Shown here piece after piece: positions 23,738 to 36,817 of a stretch of 64,000 nucleotides of DNA. The notes beneath the pieces were generated by a model that was given only the letters and a program-made list of their open reading frames with translations, made no database searches and was not told the origin of the DNA. The position numbers and the translations under genes are program-made. The stretch is from Phyllosticta citribraziliensis (taxonomy: Eukaryota): contig NW_027117349.1 in the NCBI RefSeq assembly GCF_038025025.1, positions 744,001-808,000 on the forward strand, given 5' to 3'. Positions within the stretch are counted from its first letter, which is position 1. Each line of letters opens with the position of its first letter.

Positions 23738-26700
23738 GTTTCCTTCGTGCTGCTGAAGCGGACAAGACGGAGGTAGAAGATGGATGACGATAGGCAGGAA
23801 CAGCGGATGAGACGGGGGAGACAATGAGAATAGGGAGGTTGAGAGTAATGGTTGTAGGCTAGGGTAGTTTTTCTCGCATGTTTACGAATCTTGAGTTTTT
23901 CTCGTCATGATTGCTGGGTACTGTGGGCTCCTTCCCTGCTGATTGTCCGCTCATTTTGTTTGCTTGGACTACAGCCAGGCTGATCGACGTTGCTTGCGCT
24001 GAAAGATCGGGGATAAGAATGCATTGCCATCTTTGTTCCCAGAGCGACACTTTACCAATCCGAGTGCACAACTGGTCATCTTTGCGAACGACGAATCCAA
24101 TGCTAGAGACATCATTGCATTGATGAAGGCGTTCTAGAAATATTCACGTGCTGGCCCAACAATGATGACTGATTCTTAATAGGAAGTACTTTGCGCAAGC
24201 AATCCCTGAGGACAGCAGAGCACAAAGGAAATGTTCCTGGCGGCTCCAACAAAGACCTTGGATACAAGTCCAAGCAGAGCAGGGAATGGCAGGGTAGTTT
24301 GCAAGGGGTCATCGGCGCAGATACACCGATGCCACGAGATGGCTCACCTTACTAACGGTTGCTTGCATGGCGCGTCTGCGTCACCAGACTGCGCTTGACG
24401 GGTCGCTCATGATCGTGCCTGCGTGAGTGATCGGTGCGTCGACGGAAGCCTTTAATGCGGTGGTACGTACGCCGTCATGCCAGGTGGAAAGGTGAGTTAA
24501 GTCACTGCTGTGGACGCGCTTGGAACGTGAAGGCGGCCTCAGGTGGTTGCTGACTACAAGTAGTGTGGCAGGGAATCTGCTGCCACGGTCCTGTAATACA
24601 AGACGGCGGATAAATGCAAGCCTGCTCGTACAAGAAAACGTACTTCTCGACTCGTGTCCGCCGGCCTGAAAGATGTGTGCTCGGCGTGGTTCTACATGGG
24701 CACTGCTTGATGGCAGGTGGGAGAGAGCGGCGCCGTTGGCCTGGAAGTTGGCTGTACCGTACGGGCTGTAATTCTCGCATTTTCCGCGGTGCATTAGTGA
24801 AAGAAGGGCTGTCGCTGTTGATGGAATGAAGACAAGTCATTCTCCACCCTTCGGCGGAACCGTGACGGTGGCATCACCGCCGCGAGTCGAGGCAATGAAA
24901 AGGCGGAAGGCTTTGGAGAGCTTGGCCCTCGTACCTTGTTTGTTCTCTGGTGACTGTGACCTTGGCGCCGTGACTTTTCCCCCGAGAGTAGAAGGTCAAA
25001 GCCGGAGACGTAAGCCAAGCAGAGTAGCTTGACAGGAGCGGATGTCGTGCTGGACTACCAGGTGCGTGCCGCCCTCGCATTGCGCCGCATCTGACTTGTC
25101 GATTAGGTAGCTGCCGCTGGCCGCTGCAAAGGTTATCCTGCATGCTGGACTCGGCCCGACGCGAGGCTTGATCTCGACCGCACTTGATATAGACGGTCGA
25201 CTTGGTCGCTCAACAATTGCGTCCTGTAATCGATGGAGAGATGCCGTCAGGTTTTTGGTCGTATCGACGTATCGAGCGCTGCTGGTCGTGTCGAGTGCCG
25301 AGTGAAAAGAAAGAGGGGTTGCCCAAGATGACGCCACATCGATACGGGACTCCGGCATGCAGCAGAGGGCAAAGGATGAATGACAAGGCCAGTGATTCCA
25401 GGCTGTGGCGTGGCCGGCCCCGCTTTGGCGCGAGGGTAGCGTGAGGGCTTCTGCTCGCGGACCGTCCTGGCAAGAGAGCCGCAGCCGAGACCGGACTTTG
25501 GATGCGGGAGCGGGTCCTGGAGCGAGCCGGCCGAGTGGTCAAAACCGAGATGAGAGCAATCTGCAGATGCACTGCGACGGTTGCAATGAAGTGGAGAGGA
25601 GGACCAAGGACCAAGGAGCGGGGAGAGAGAGAGAGACGGAGGGTTGCACATGGTGAGAGGAAAAATGTCGGTTGTTTGCTGGAGACAAGCGAGAAGGATG
25701 CATGCGGGTTGCCTCGTGCACTCCCTCTCCCTCCACATCTCCAGATTCCACACCACCCACCCCGCCATCCCACAATCCCCACACTCTCCCCTCGCCGACG
25801 TTTACCCATCAATCGGGTATTTTGTGGAGTTGGTCCGGCGAACTGGCCGCTTCGAGACGACTCTCTGCATATCGCCATCATGGGCGGCGTTGCCAGCAGC
25901 ACATGGACAAGCCTGGGCAGCCCAAGGCTCAAGGCTCAAGGCCCTCGGGTCCAGCCACGCAGTGACCACAAGCGGTGCAGTCTTTTGGACTCACCGACTG
26001 GCAAAAGATCTTTCCAAGACGAGTCGGAACATTTATGAATCATGAAGAATCCCGCTGGGGAAACTTGTTCCGACTGCGGCTCTTGACCGGACGGGACCTG
26101 GATATCAACCCGGGGCAAACACGGCGGCTCGGTCCTTTGAGAGGCAAGCAAAGGGAAAAGACCATCTGGGACCGGATCGACTGCATGGCTACTACGCCTT
26201 ACTCCTACGTGTACCGCACCCGTAGAGGTGCCGACGGTACAAACGAATCACCTCTGGCAGCCACTCAGCGTCGACCAGGGGGAGAGCAATTTTCAAAATC
26301 ACGCGGGTCACTTGCGGCCATCTCGACGTGAGAGAACAATTCCCCAAGTCGCCTCGCCAACTGCGGGCCTTGACCATGGCGTGGACGGGGCCCCGTGGTT
26401 GGAGGATCAGCAGGAACGTTTGCCTAATGCACGCATGGTTCCCCGCGCCGTCCTACCCTTGGAATTGAGGTCATGGTGCGCGACTGGCCAGAGTAGAGGG
26501 GCGTCTTTGTCCGAATTTTTTTGGCCTGTCCCTCTTCCTGTCTTAGACTGCACTTCAAAAGGCGCCGCCGCCGCCGCTTGCTCACTGACCCTCTGTCCGG
26601 CTCTAGCTTCTGGATCTTTGACCTTACCTCTGCCAATTCGTCCCATTGAGGGCTGCGACTGCCTTTGCGTCGCTTTGGAGCTTGGACCCTGCCGCACGCA

Positions 26701-26762
26701 GTTTATTGTCTCTGCGTCGAGCTTCAACAAACCACCAATCTTCTTGATAGCTATTGCCCAGC

Positions 26763-29723
26763 ATGCGCATTACATCCACTATTGCTACGCTGGCAGCAGC
26801 CAAGTTGGTTGCATCCCAGGTGCGTCAATTGCGTCCCAATTCATGATTTGGTCCTCCACGGCCGCTCGACAACAGTGCTCGCATACTGAGCCTGGGCCAT
26901 TCCTACTGCCTTTTTCAGCACACACAGCCGCAATTATGCTCCAGAAGATTCACTTGCACGACTTCGCTGACCATCTGATACGTAGGCATTGAACGACTCA
27001 AATCCTGACGATGCACTCTGGGGCGCCACTTCCCCACCCTACTATCCCAGTCCGTGGGTCGACGAGACCACTGAGGGCTGGGAGACGGCAATCAGAAAGG
27101 CCAAAGAATTCGTGGGCCAATTGACCCTGTTGGAGAAGGTCAACCTCACCACCGGTGTTGGGTAAGTGCCCGTCATTTGCTTCACGAAACCACTTGCTAA
27201 TATTTCATAGTTGGGAAGGCGGGCCATGTGTTGGAAACGTGGGGGCAATCCCGCGCCTTGGTTTCCCTGCCTTGTGTCTGCAGGATTCGCCCACTGGAAT
27301 TCGCTTCAGTAAGACACCGCCTCAAGAACGCTCCTTCAAAAGCTGACAGGGCCACAGCGGACTACAACTCGGCGTTTACTTCAGGAGGCACCTCCGCCGC
27401 CTCATGGGACCGCAAGGTGTGGTATGATCGCGGATACGGAATGGGAGAGGAGACGAGGGACAAGGGGATTGACGTGCTGCTTGCTCCTGTGGTTGGACCT
27501 CTGGGTCGCTCCCCTGCCGGCGGCCGCAACTGGGAAGGCTTCTCTCCCGACCCGTATCTGTCTGGTGTCGCAGTCGCAGAGAGTGTGAAGGGTGTTCAAG
27601 ATGCCGGCGTCATCGCGTGCACAAAGCACTACATCCTGAACGAGCAAGAGCACTTCCGCCAGGGTCCTGAGTCAAGGGGCTTCGGCTTCAACATCACCGA
27701 CTCGATCAGCTCCAATGTTGACGACAAGACGCTTCACGAGTTGTACCTCTGGTAAGCAAAGCTGACCCGCACTCATCGTATTTGGATAAATCTGACTAGT
27801 TCTAGGCCCTTCGCTGATGCCGTCCGCGCTGGAACCGGCTCAATCATGTGCTCGTACAACCAGATCAACAACACTTACGGTTGTGAGAACTCGGCACTCC
27901 TCAATGGAATTCTGAAGGGTGAGCTAGGCTTCCAGGGCTTCGTCGTCTCGGATTGGGGTGCACAACACTCGGGTGTCTTCAGTGCCTTTGCTGGTTTGGA
28001 CATGACAATGCCCGGAGACACGACTTTCAGCTCTGGCTACGCATTCTGGGGACCCAATCTCACCCTGGCCGTCACCAATAGCACCATTCCCGAGTGGCGC
28101 ATCGATGACATGGCCACTCGTATTATGGCCGCCTACTACTTTGTTGGAAGGGAGAAGAACTACGTCGAGACCAACTTCAACTCCTGGACCACTCAGACCG
28201 AGGGCTGGGAGAACGCAATCGGCAACAAGAACTGGGGAGTGGTCAACAAGCACGTTGACGTCCGTCGCGAGCACGCCAAGCAGATTCGAGATGCTGGCGC
28301 CAGGTCGACCGTTCTCCTCAAGAACAACGGTGTCCTCCCTCTGACCGGCAAGGAAAAGTTCACCGCCGTCTTTGGCAGTGACGCTGGCGACAGTCTCTAC
28401 GGACCCAACGGATGCTCCGACAGGGGCTGCACCAATGGCACCCTTGCAGTTGGATGGGGTTCAGGTACTTCGGCGTTCCCATACCTCATCTCTCCTCTGA
28501 CCGCTATTGCGAACGAGGTCCTTTCCAACGGCGGCATCATCCAGGGCATCACTGATGACTACGCCTACTCTCAAATTGCCGCGCTTGCCAGCCAAGCCAG
28601 CCACGCGCTGGTCTTTGTCAACAGTGACAGCGGTGAAGGCTACATCAGCTTTGATGGCAACATTGGTGACCGCAACAACTTGACTGTCTGGCACGCCGGC
28701 GAGACGCTGATTCAAAACGTGACCGCCGTCAACAATAACACCATCGTCGTCATCCACTCCGTGGGTCCCGTCGAGCTTGGTGCTTTCGTTGACAACGAGA
28801 ACGTCACCGCCATCGTCTGGGCTGGACTTCCCGGTCAAGAATCCGGCAACTCCCTCACGGACGTCCTCTACGGTCGTGTGAACCCCGGCGGCAAGCTGCC
28901 CTTCACCATTGGCAAGAGCCGTGAGGATTACGGCACCGATCTTCTGTACACGCCCAACAATGGAGAAGACGCGCCGCAAGACAACTTCAACGAGGGCGTC
29001 TTCATCGACTACCGCAGCTTCGACAAGAACGGCATTGAGCCCGTGTACGAATTCGGCTTCGGTCTCTCCTACACCAACTTCTCCTACTCGAACCTCAAGA
29101 TCACAAAGCACCCCAACGTCCCCGCGTACGCTCCCAACAACGCCACCAACGCTTTCGCCCCGTCGCTCAACTCGACGCCAGTCTCCACCGACCTCGCCGA
29201 CTACCAGTTCCCCGACGACATTGACCGCGTGCCCCTCTTCATCTACCCCTACCTCAACTCGACCTCGGCCAACGCCTCGTACGGCGACTCGCAAGCGTCG
29301 GAGCCGTACGCCGCGGCCGACACGTCGTCGTATATCCCCGAGGGCTCGCAAGACGGCACGGCGCAGTGGAAGAACCGACACCCGGCGGGCGGCGCGCCGG
29401 GCGGCAACCCGCGCCTCTACGACGTGCTGTTCACGGTGACGGCGACGGTGACCAACACGGGCGGCGTCGTCGGCGACGAGGTGGCGCAGCTGTACGTCGC
29501 GCTCGGCGGGCCCGACGACCCGCTGTACCAGCTGCGCGGCTTCGACCGCCTCTACGACGTCCAGCCCGGCCAGTCGGTCACGTTTGGCGCCGACCTGACG
29601 CGCCGCGACCTCAGCAGCTGGGACACCGTCAAGGGCGACTGGGTCATCACTGACTACGAGAAGAAGGTCTTTGTTGGCAAGAGCTCGCGCAAGTTGGAGC
29701 TGGAGGGCGCGTTGGACCTGTGA
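26763..29723 (+). CDS. bglA: Secreted GH3 beta-glucosidase (BglA/Bgl1 type), 5 exons
   Basis: Signal-like MRITSTIATLAAAKLVASQ, then SPPYYPSPW, EKVNLTTG, GGRNWEGFSPDP, KHY, MCSYN, SDW nucleophile, GEG acid/base region and FnIII-like tail (EVAQLYV, LRGF). Introns at ~26820-26985, 27162-27210, 27309-27357 and 27752-27805. Confidence 0.95.
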
Positions 29724-32700
29724 CGCCGCGGAGGGCTTTCAGGTGCAAGATGATGGCAGCACGGGGGAGAGGTGCTGCGTTTGCTGCATTTGCTGCGTGC
29801 ATGGGCTATGAGCTATGACTTTTCTAGATACCATCCAGCCGACCGGCCCTCGCTACCGCCGTTGCTGGCGTGCGTAGGCGCGGGTGGGCCTCGATCGCTC
29901 AATTGATTGATTCTTGTCGTGTCCATTCGTTGCAGTGGTGCTTCTTTGTAACCTGTTGATCTTGATACGGCAGTGAACGAATGCTCCCTGGGGGCACTCA
30001 TGTGGCCAGGAGATCTATCGCATTTCTTTCGACACCTACCGATGTCGAACAAGTGCATGGTGGTTGCTCATTGGCCGTGGTGAGTACTGGTAGGGCAAGG
30101 TGGGTAGAAGCCGTTAATTCTCTCCCCGCTTGCTACATTAACTCTGGCGCAAAATGCCACCACAGATCTGAAGGTAGCGGGAAAAGATTCGACCAATAAC
30201 CACCATCCGGAGAGGATAGCCTTGGTTAAACATAAATCTTCACTTACGACAGTGCCAAAGCAGCACCTTTGCATCGAGTTCTCAGCTCCTCAAGAGGGAG
30301 ATTTGTGTTGGGACTCTAAGCCGAAGCATAGAAGTCCTGGATGCGGGAAATGCAGCTGTCGGCTTTCTTGGATATGTGGTCGCCACCTTCTTCCTCATTT
30401 CCAACATCTATGGGTTGACTCTCTGCGTTCGATGGAGGGTTGACGCGCTTTGAGCATTGAGCGGAAATTGGCAGGTGTCTCTTCCCTTGTTCATCGAGGA
30501 AGCGGTGGAGGACTGGAGGAAGAGTCGATGCGATGAGGACTGGGAGGCGGATTGCACTTAGAAAAAAAAGGGGAGTTGCGTCGTCATGCTTTCTTGCCTG
30601 GCCTCCGCAGGTTGTGAGTCGTACCCTATTCTTGGAGGTTGTATCTGGTAGATGTTTGATGGATCCTTTTTTGGCGGTGCTTTGCGGCGATGCCGTGTTG
30701 AGTAACCACGGCAGCACCCATGCGTCGAATATACCTTGAAATGGACGGTTGAAAAGTCAATATCATGTTCCAGCGCGTCAGGTTCAAGCCAAATGGTAGA
30801 GGATGTCCAGACTCAGTTAAGGATGCATAACGGAAACGGTGTGGGCCTTGTAGCGTAAGCTGTAAAGTCCGGAATTGAGTGAGTAGGGCCTACGAGAGTG
30901 ACCTTCTGTATGGAAACTGTTGTAAAATACCGTGGCTTCAGTGGGTGAAAAGGGGATGTGGAAGTCAACAAACGCGCTAGATGAATGAAACCGGAATGAC
31001 GTCTCCTCAGGAGGGGTCAAGAGGATGTTTTGATCTACCGGTACTTTGTGTGTTGGAGCGACTTGGTGGAGCTTGATACCCAGCGAACATCGAGAAAAAC
31101 GGCGGCTTCCTGGGTGCAGCCCTGGCGGTGAACGACAGCTCAATGAGGATGGCCGTGGTAGAGTGGGAGCGCTCCTTAGGTCCAGAAGTAGTGCCAGGAG
31201 TTGCTGTTTCATTTGAAACCCCTTGTGCCACCAATCGTAGCCAGTCCAGAATTGCCATGTTGAATTTGATGGATTTCTCCAATTGCAACTCGTGATGCGT
31301 TTGACTGAGCCATTCGCTCGAAGGAGTGAGGATAAAAGAAAGGTACATTTTTTTAGCGCGTCGAAAAGACGGGTTCAAATACGAACAAATCACGACGAGA
31401 TATCTAGCCGCAAATGGTGGCAACGCGGCAGGTGGTATCCATGGATACAAAATGAAGTCTCCTTGGACGGCCGTAAGAGCCCCTGGGCTTGGAGTGTCGA
31501 CGACGTGACGGCCACGCTGGTCGATTGTTTACGTGGCTAGTCATGGTCGTCGAAGGCGCGGGTGGATGATCCAGGCACATTTGGGCACCATTTGAGGTGT
31601 CCAGCCACAGCCGCTGTCGCGCGTCAAAGCGCAGTCCCACGTCACGTACCATTGTCGGGGAAGTGTGTGGGTAGAGAAATAGAAGCGGCACGGCTGAAGG
31701 ATGGGGGCAAAGGGCCGCTTGATGCCGAAAGCGTTTGATTGAGATGGAGACGGAGTAAACAAAGAAAACATTGAGCGGCACGTGAAGAGAAGAGATGAAA
31801 GGATGCAATCAAGGCTCTGCAACTGGAAGAGCATGCTCGTAGCTTTTTCAAGATTCAATAGCGTCGAGGTGACGGCTTGTTGTAGGAGACGGGTGGTGTC
31901 GGAAGGAAGCAGGATCGATCTGGGACGGCGGACGGGGGGTGGTGAAGAGGTGGCCGAGCTTTGGGTGACTGCCATGCAAACTTCTGGCAACGACTTACAG
32001 ACCCTTGTCTCTCTGCAGCACGGCGGCGTGAAATCCCTCGGAGCGGCTATGCCAGTCCAAGGGCGGGCGCCACTCTAGACGTGCAGCGGCTGTCAAAGCG
32101 GAAGAGACGAGCAAAAACCTTGCGTTTGTTTGGATAGACGTCGCGAAGAATGAGGTTGGAGTCGGCGACGGGGACAGACGCGCCCAGAGCCGAGCAAGGA
32201 GAAGGGGGCACGACGCGTGCTGGTGCTGCAAGGCGTGTGCGACGCGTCGTTGACCCAACAAGCGGAATTTGACAGGCCACCAAGCAAACGAGTGATGGCA
32301 CCCAACGCGTAGGAATAGAGTTGGCAAGCAGCTGGGTTCGTTTTGATGTTTGCTAGGGGAGCGCAGCCGGAGGAGGCGTCGGTGGAAGCAGCCAGCGCCT
32401 TGGGCAAAATGTCAACCACAGCACGCGCACCCCCCATGGACGGACGGTCAAAATTACATAGACATATACTGCTCCATTCCTCGCCTCCTGTATTGACACT
32501 CATCTCCTGGCCTCGCAACCACGCCCTGTCCTGCGCTGCCCTGCCCTGCTCTCGGCTGGTCGACCCGGCGCGAATCACCGTGTCCAGCCAAGACCCGGGG
32601 CAAAGGTCAGCACGCCAAAACCCAAATAACGCGACTGCGCTGCCGGCCCGAGCCTCACTGCGTAAACGACTCCAGTCCACCACTCCACTGCACCACCTAC

Positions 32701-33014
32701 CACCTACCACCTCGCCAACCACCTCACATTCGTCCCCCACCCAACAACCGCCGCCTGTCGCTTCTCCTGCGACCCTTCTCCGTCCCGACCGTCGCTGACA
32801 TCGCTCGCTGTCCTCCTCCTGAGCCCGGCGTCGTCGGTAAGTCGTCTCTGCCCAGCCCCAATGCGCAGCGGGGCTGCCTTCAACGCGGGTAGCCTTCGTG
32901 CGCCTCCGCTTGCATCTCTCTCGAGTCCTTTGTCCCATCGACCCTTTGACTCCATCGCTCGTCCACAAAACTTGCACCACTGACATGCGCTTCGCAGACA
33001 GACATTTCGCCATC

Positions 33015-35595
33015 ATGCCTCCGAGAGGTGGCCGCGGTGGCGGTCGCGGTGCAAAGCGCGAAGCCGTCGCCCAGGAGCAATCGGATACCCCCAACCCGGC
33101 AGACACTCCCACAAGAAAAAAGAGAAGAGTACGCTGCTGCCCCTAGCAAAAATCACACATGTCACTCCCGTTGACGACTTTGCAGCTGAACAACAACGAC
33201 GCCGCTGAAACGGCTGCACCGCCCCGTCCTTCGTCAGCACAAAGCGATAGAACAATCGGCAGCGATTACGAGGCCGACATTGAAAAATCGACACCAGAAG
33301 AGCTGCTCACACAGGTTGTTCCCATGCTCAAGGTCGCTCACTATACGACAAACGCACAGGTCGATTTGTCAAACGAACTGCAGAAACGGGACCCAGTCAT
33401 CGCTCAACGCGGGAGCACACAGGCATATGCCAAGATCGAAGGTCATTCTTGGGTCTATTTTGCAAAGTCAACCACCATTCTGATTGGAAGAGGCGAGCAT
33501 GGAACGCGCAACCAAGCAAATGGCAGCACTCCCACCAACAGCCAGAACAATTTCGATGTCCAATCGCAGCAGCCACCCTCGTCAGACGCGCAGGTAAATA
33601 TTGACCTTGGGCCCGACAAGCAGGTCTCCAGACTGCACGCATGGATCGAGTATGAACCGAACGACGGCCACTGGTTCATCATCGTCAATGGTCGCAACGG
33701 CCTGAAGCTGGACGATCGTACATTGTCTCGTGGGGAGAGGGTTAGGCTCCACTCTGGTGCCGTCATCAATGTTTGCGGCACGGACATGATTTTTGTGTGC
33801 CCAGGCGAGGATTTGCGCATCCATCCCATGATCTGGACAAGAAGCAAACAGGGAGAAGCAGGTGATGGTGAAGGTGGTCAAGAAGATTCCTATTTCCACG
33901 CCCACAACCACCAGGGCAGGCCTGCCGACAACCGTGGACTTCCCACAAGCAGCCAATTCAACCAAACTGCCCCCTCGCAACAGCAGCCAAACTCCAACCA
34001 CGATCATTACCAGCAAGCTGCACCTACTTCCGGGCCGCTGGCGCCAAACACTCCCATTCCTTCGCGTATCAAGCAGTCGCCCAAGATCAAGACGTCGCCC
34101 TCCGCCGCGGGTGCTTACTCGCGCGGTGTCATGTTGGAAAGCACCGAGCATATCGACTATAGCGCTGATGGTGCCAAGGACCTGAAGCCTCCATTAAGCT
34201 ATGCTCAGCTAATCGGCCAGGCAATCATGTCTTCTCCCGAGGAGCAGCTCACTCTTGCCAACATCTACGAGTATATCAAGAAGCATTACGCTTTTTACCG
34301 GTATAACGGCGGCGGGTGGCAGAACTCCATTCGGCACAACCTGTCTCTTAGCAAGCATTTCGAAAAGGTTGCGCGCCGCACAGACGAGCCTGGCAAGGGC
34401 ATGAAGTGGCGCCTCGTCCCGGAGGAGCGCGAGAACTTTTTGAAGAAAGGAATCCACACCAAGAAGCATCGTATGGGGTCTTCCGGTCCAAACTCGCCGG
34501 CCATCGCGCAGGCCACCGAGCGTCTGCACGGTGCCGTTGAAGTCCAAACGCCGTCACATCCATCGAAATTTCAGGTAAAGGAGTCGCCGCGGTCCGTCAC
34601 CCCGCCACTGGCCAGCTATCCAACGGCCAATGAATCCTATACTCCTGACCGCGGGCCACAGCCGCCCAGGACCAAGGCTCTCTTCAAGGACGATCAAATT
34701 TTCACGCCAATCAACGATCGGAAGCACGACATGGCGTCTTTCCCCCCAGCTTCGACGGCTAGCTTTGGGGCACCAACCAACCAAGAGAGCAACGTGAGGG
34801 CCACAGCCATCCCTTCCGACAGCAAGGACACCGAGCCCGGACCAACTCCCCGCGTGGGCCGTTCTTCGCTGGAGATTACCTACTCGCCGCCTGCCACCAA
34901 TGGTTACAAGTCGGTAGGTTTGAATGATCTCCCAGACTCGACTTTCAATGGCCTGGTCACACCTCTTGTCGCGAGGAACCGCCCTCACCTGGCACCTCCC
35001 AGCACGGCAAAGATGCCCAGTCAGTACTGTTATCTCAGCTCTCCAGCGCCTTTTTGGAAGTTTGCCGACTTGGGGTCCACCCCTGCCCGCAACTTTGTCG
35101 ACTCGAGCCCGACGAAAGAGGCTAAACCGTTTCGCTTTGGAAAGGGGCAGGAGGAGGAGGAAGAAGAAGAAGAGGAGGAGGAGGAGGAGGAGGAGGAGGA
35201 AGAGGAAGAGAAGCAGGAAGAGGGAGAGGAACCTGGGCCAATGCAGCCGAGCTCTCCTCCAGTTTTGGGTGTTGATGTTGATCGCAGCAGGGAGGGATCA
35301 CGGGATGGATCTGGGTCTGGGGAAGGCGAGTCTCAAGACATGTCGCCCGCGACCCCGACACGTCCAAGCAGTCGGCGATTCAACACGGCAGAAGAAGCGG
35401 CGGTGAAGAAGCAGCTGCCTGCGCAATTCGAGGGTGATGACAAGGAAGAGGGAATCGATCTGATGAAGTAGGTTGCGGATTGGCAAAATGCAGAAGAATG
35501 TATGTCGCTAACTTGTTGCGTGCAGGGGATTCCAGGGCATCGGCAGCTTCCACCGCGGGCTGACCCAGAGTGCTGGATTCATTCGCCGTTCGTAA
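33015..35595 (+). CDS. FKH1: Forkhead transcription factor with FHA domain (Fkh1/Fkh2 type), 3 exons
   Basis: FHA: QAYAKI, IGR, DLGPDKQVSRLHA, GRNG. Forkhead: KPPLSYAQLI, WQNSIRHNLSL, EPGKG..W. Introns 33129-33185 and 35468-35525. Confidence 0.9.
35150..35220 (+). repeat. (GAG/GAA)n coding microsatellite (poly-Glu) in the forkhead gene
   Basis: About 20 consecutive Glu codons in the ORF translation. Confidence 0.9.
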
Positions 35596-36817
35596 TCGAG
35601 GAGACAGAAAGTAGACATGAGAGAAGGTGTATTATCACGCCATGGGTAATGAGGGCCGACCAATGAACCACACACGGGGACTGTTCGAAGGGGCGTTTGG
35701 GATTGCTTCTGAGCGACGCGCGTGAGCAGCAAACGATTGTACAGAGACACGTCTTTTCTTTTGGGGGGGCATCGAGAGGGCTGTTGGGGACGCGAGGCTA
35801 CAGTGCGGGGTTTCTGTTATATGTGATTTTCTTTTTGCGCTTTGCATTGAGTTGCTTTGAAGCTCTATCAGACACGAGGGCTGGCGGCAACAGCGCAAAC
35901 GGGCGATGAAACCGGGCGTGGCGCGGTGGATGTCAGTCCGAAGCGGTCGACACGACGGAGGAGGAGTAGACTAGCAACAGGGCAGTTTCAGAAGGTTGAG
36001 GCATTGTGGTGTTGAGTTCTCGAGGCATGTAGCTAGCCATGCGGGCGCGCGGTCCGGCGACGGGATCCATGCAAGCGGCCATGGCAAATCGCAATTCCCA
36101 GCAAATAAATCAGCACAAGGGCTGCAAACCCCCAACCCGTCACTGACTGACGCATGCCGCGTCGCGTGCTGCACTCACACTACACTGCCTTGCCTGCCTG
36201 CCAGCCTTTGCTTTTTTGTCTGTTTACCTCTTGCTCCAGTCGTCAGCTCCGGAGTCTGCGGCAGAATGACGTGAAGATGGTTGAGCCTTCCGCCTGACGC
36301 CTATTCGTTCAGCCCGCAGCCGCACGCAGCTCCAGGTCTCCGGTCCTCCACCTCAGACTGACCTGACTGGCCCGTCTCCGACCACGTTACGTCGTCGTTG
36401 CGGCCGCCGCAAGCATCCACCAACGTCTCGCCCCAAAACATACGCGCCCGTGCGAATTGATTCCTCGCAAGGAGAAGGAGCGCGCAGCACGAGCGCTCGT
36501 GCCAGGCGCAATTCTCCCCTGACGCGCACCCAACGCCAACCTACCTGAACCCGCCGACGGCTGCCTGGGTACCGACCTACCCTACCCTACCCACCGTCAT
36601 CCTCCTCCTCTCCGCTCGCCCTTCTTCCGCCGCCTCCGCCCCATCGACTCCCAGGTCACCGCAGCTGACCAGCCCCGGGGCCTGACACGACCAAGACGTC
36701 CGCGACTCGGCGAGCCGCGCGTGTGCTCAACACCACCGCCGCCATCCCTCCCTCTCCCAACGTCGCCGCCCCAACAATACCCCACCTCGCCCGCAAGGTG
36801 TCAGCCTTGTTGCCACA

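Noticed and set aside
25836..25849. CGG-N8-CCG (ClrB-type) site and SYGGRG CreA-like sites upstream of bglA
   Set aside because: Expected by chance in several kb of GC-rich DNA, and there is no supporting conservation data.
32093..33112. 339-aa minus-strand ORF upstream of the forkhead gene
   Set aside because: Antisense to a C/T-rich promoter and 5' UTR, with a non-ATG start and no protein-like composition.
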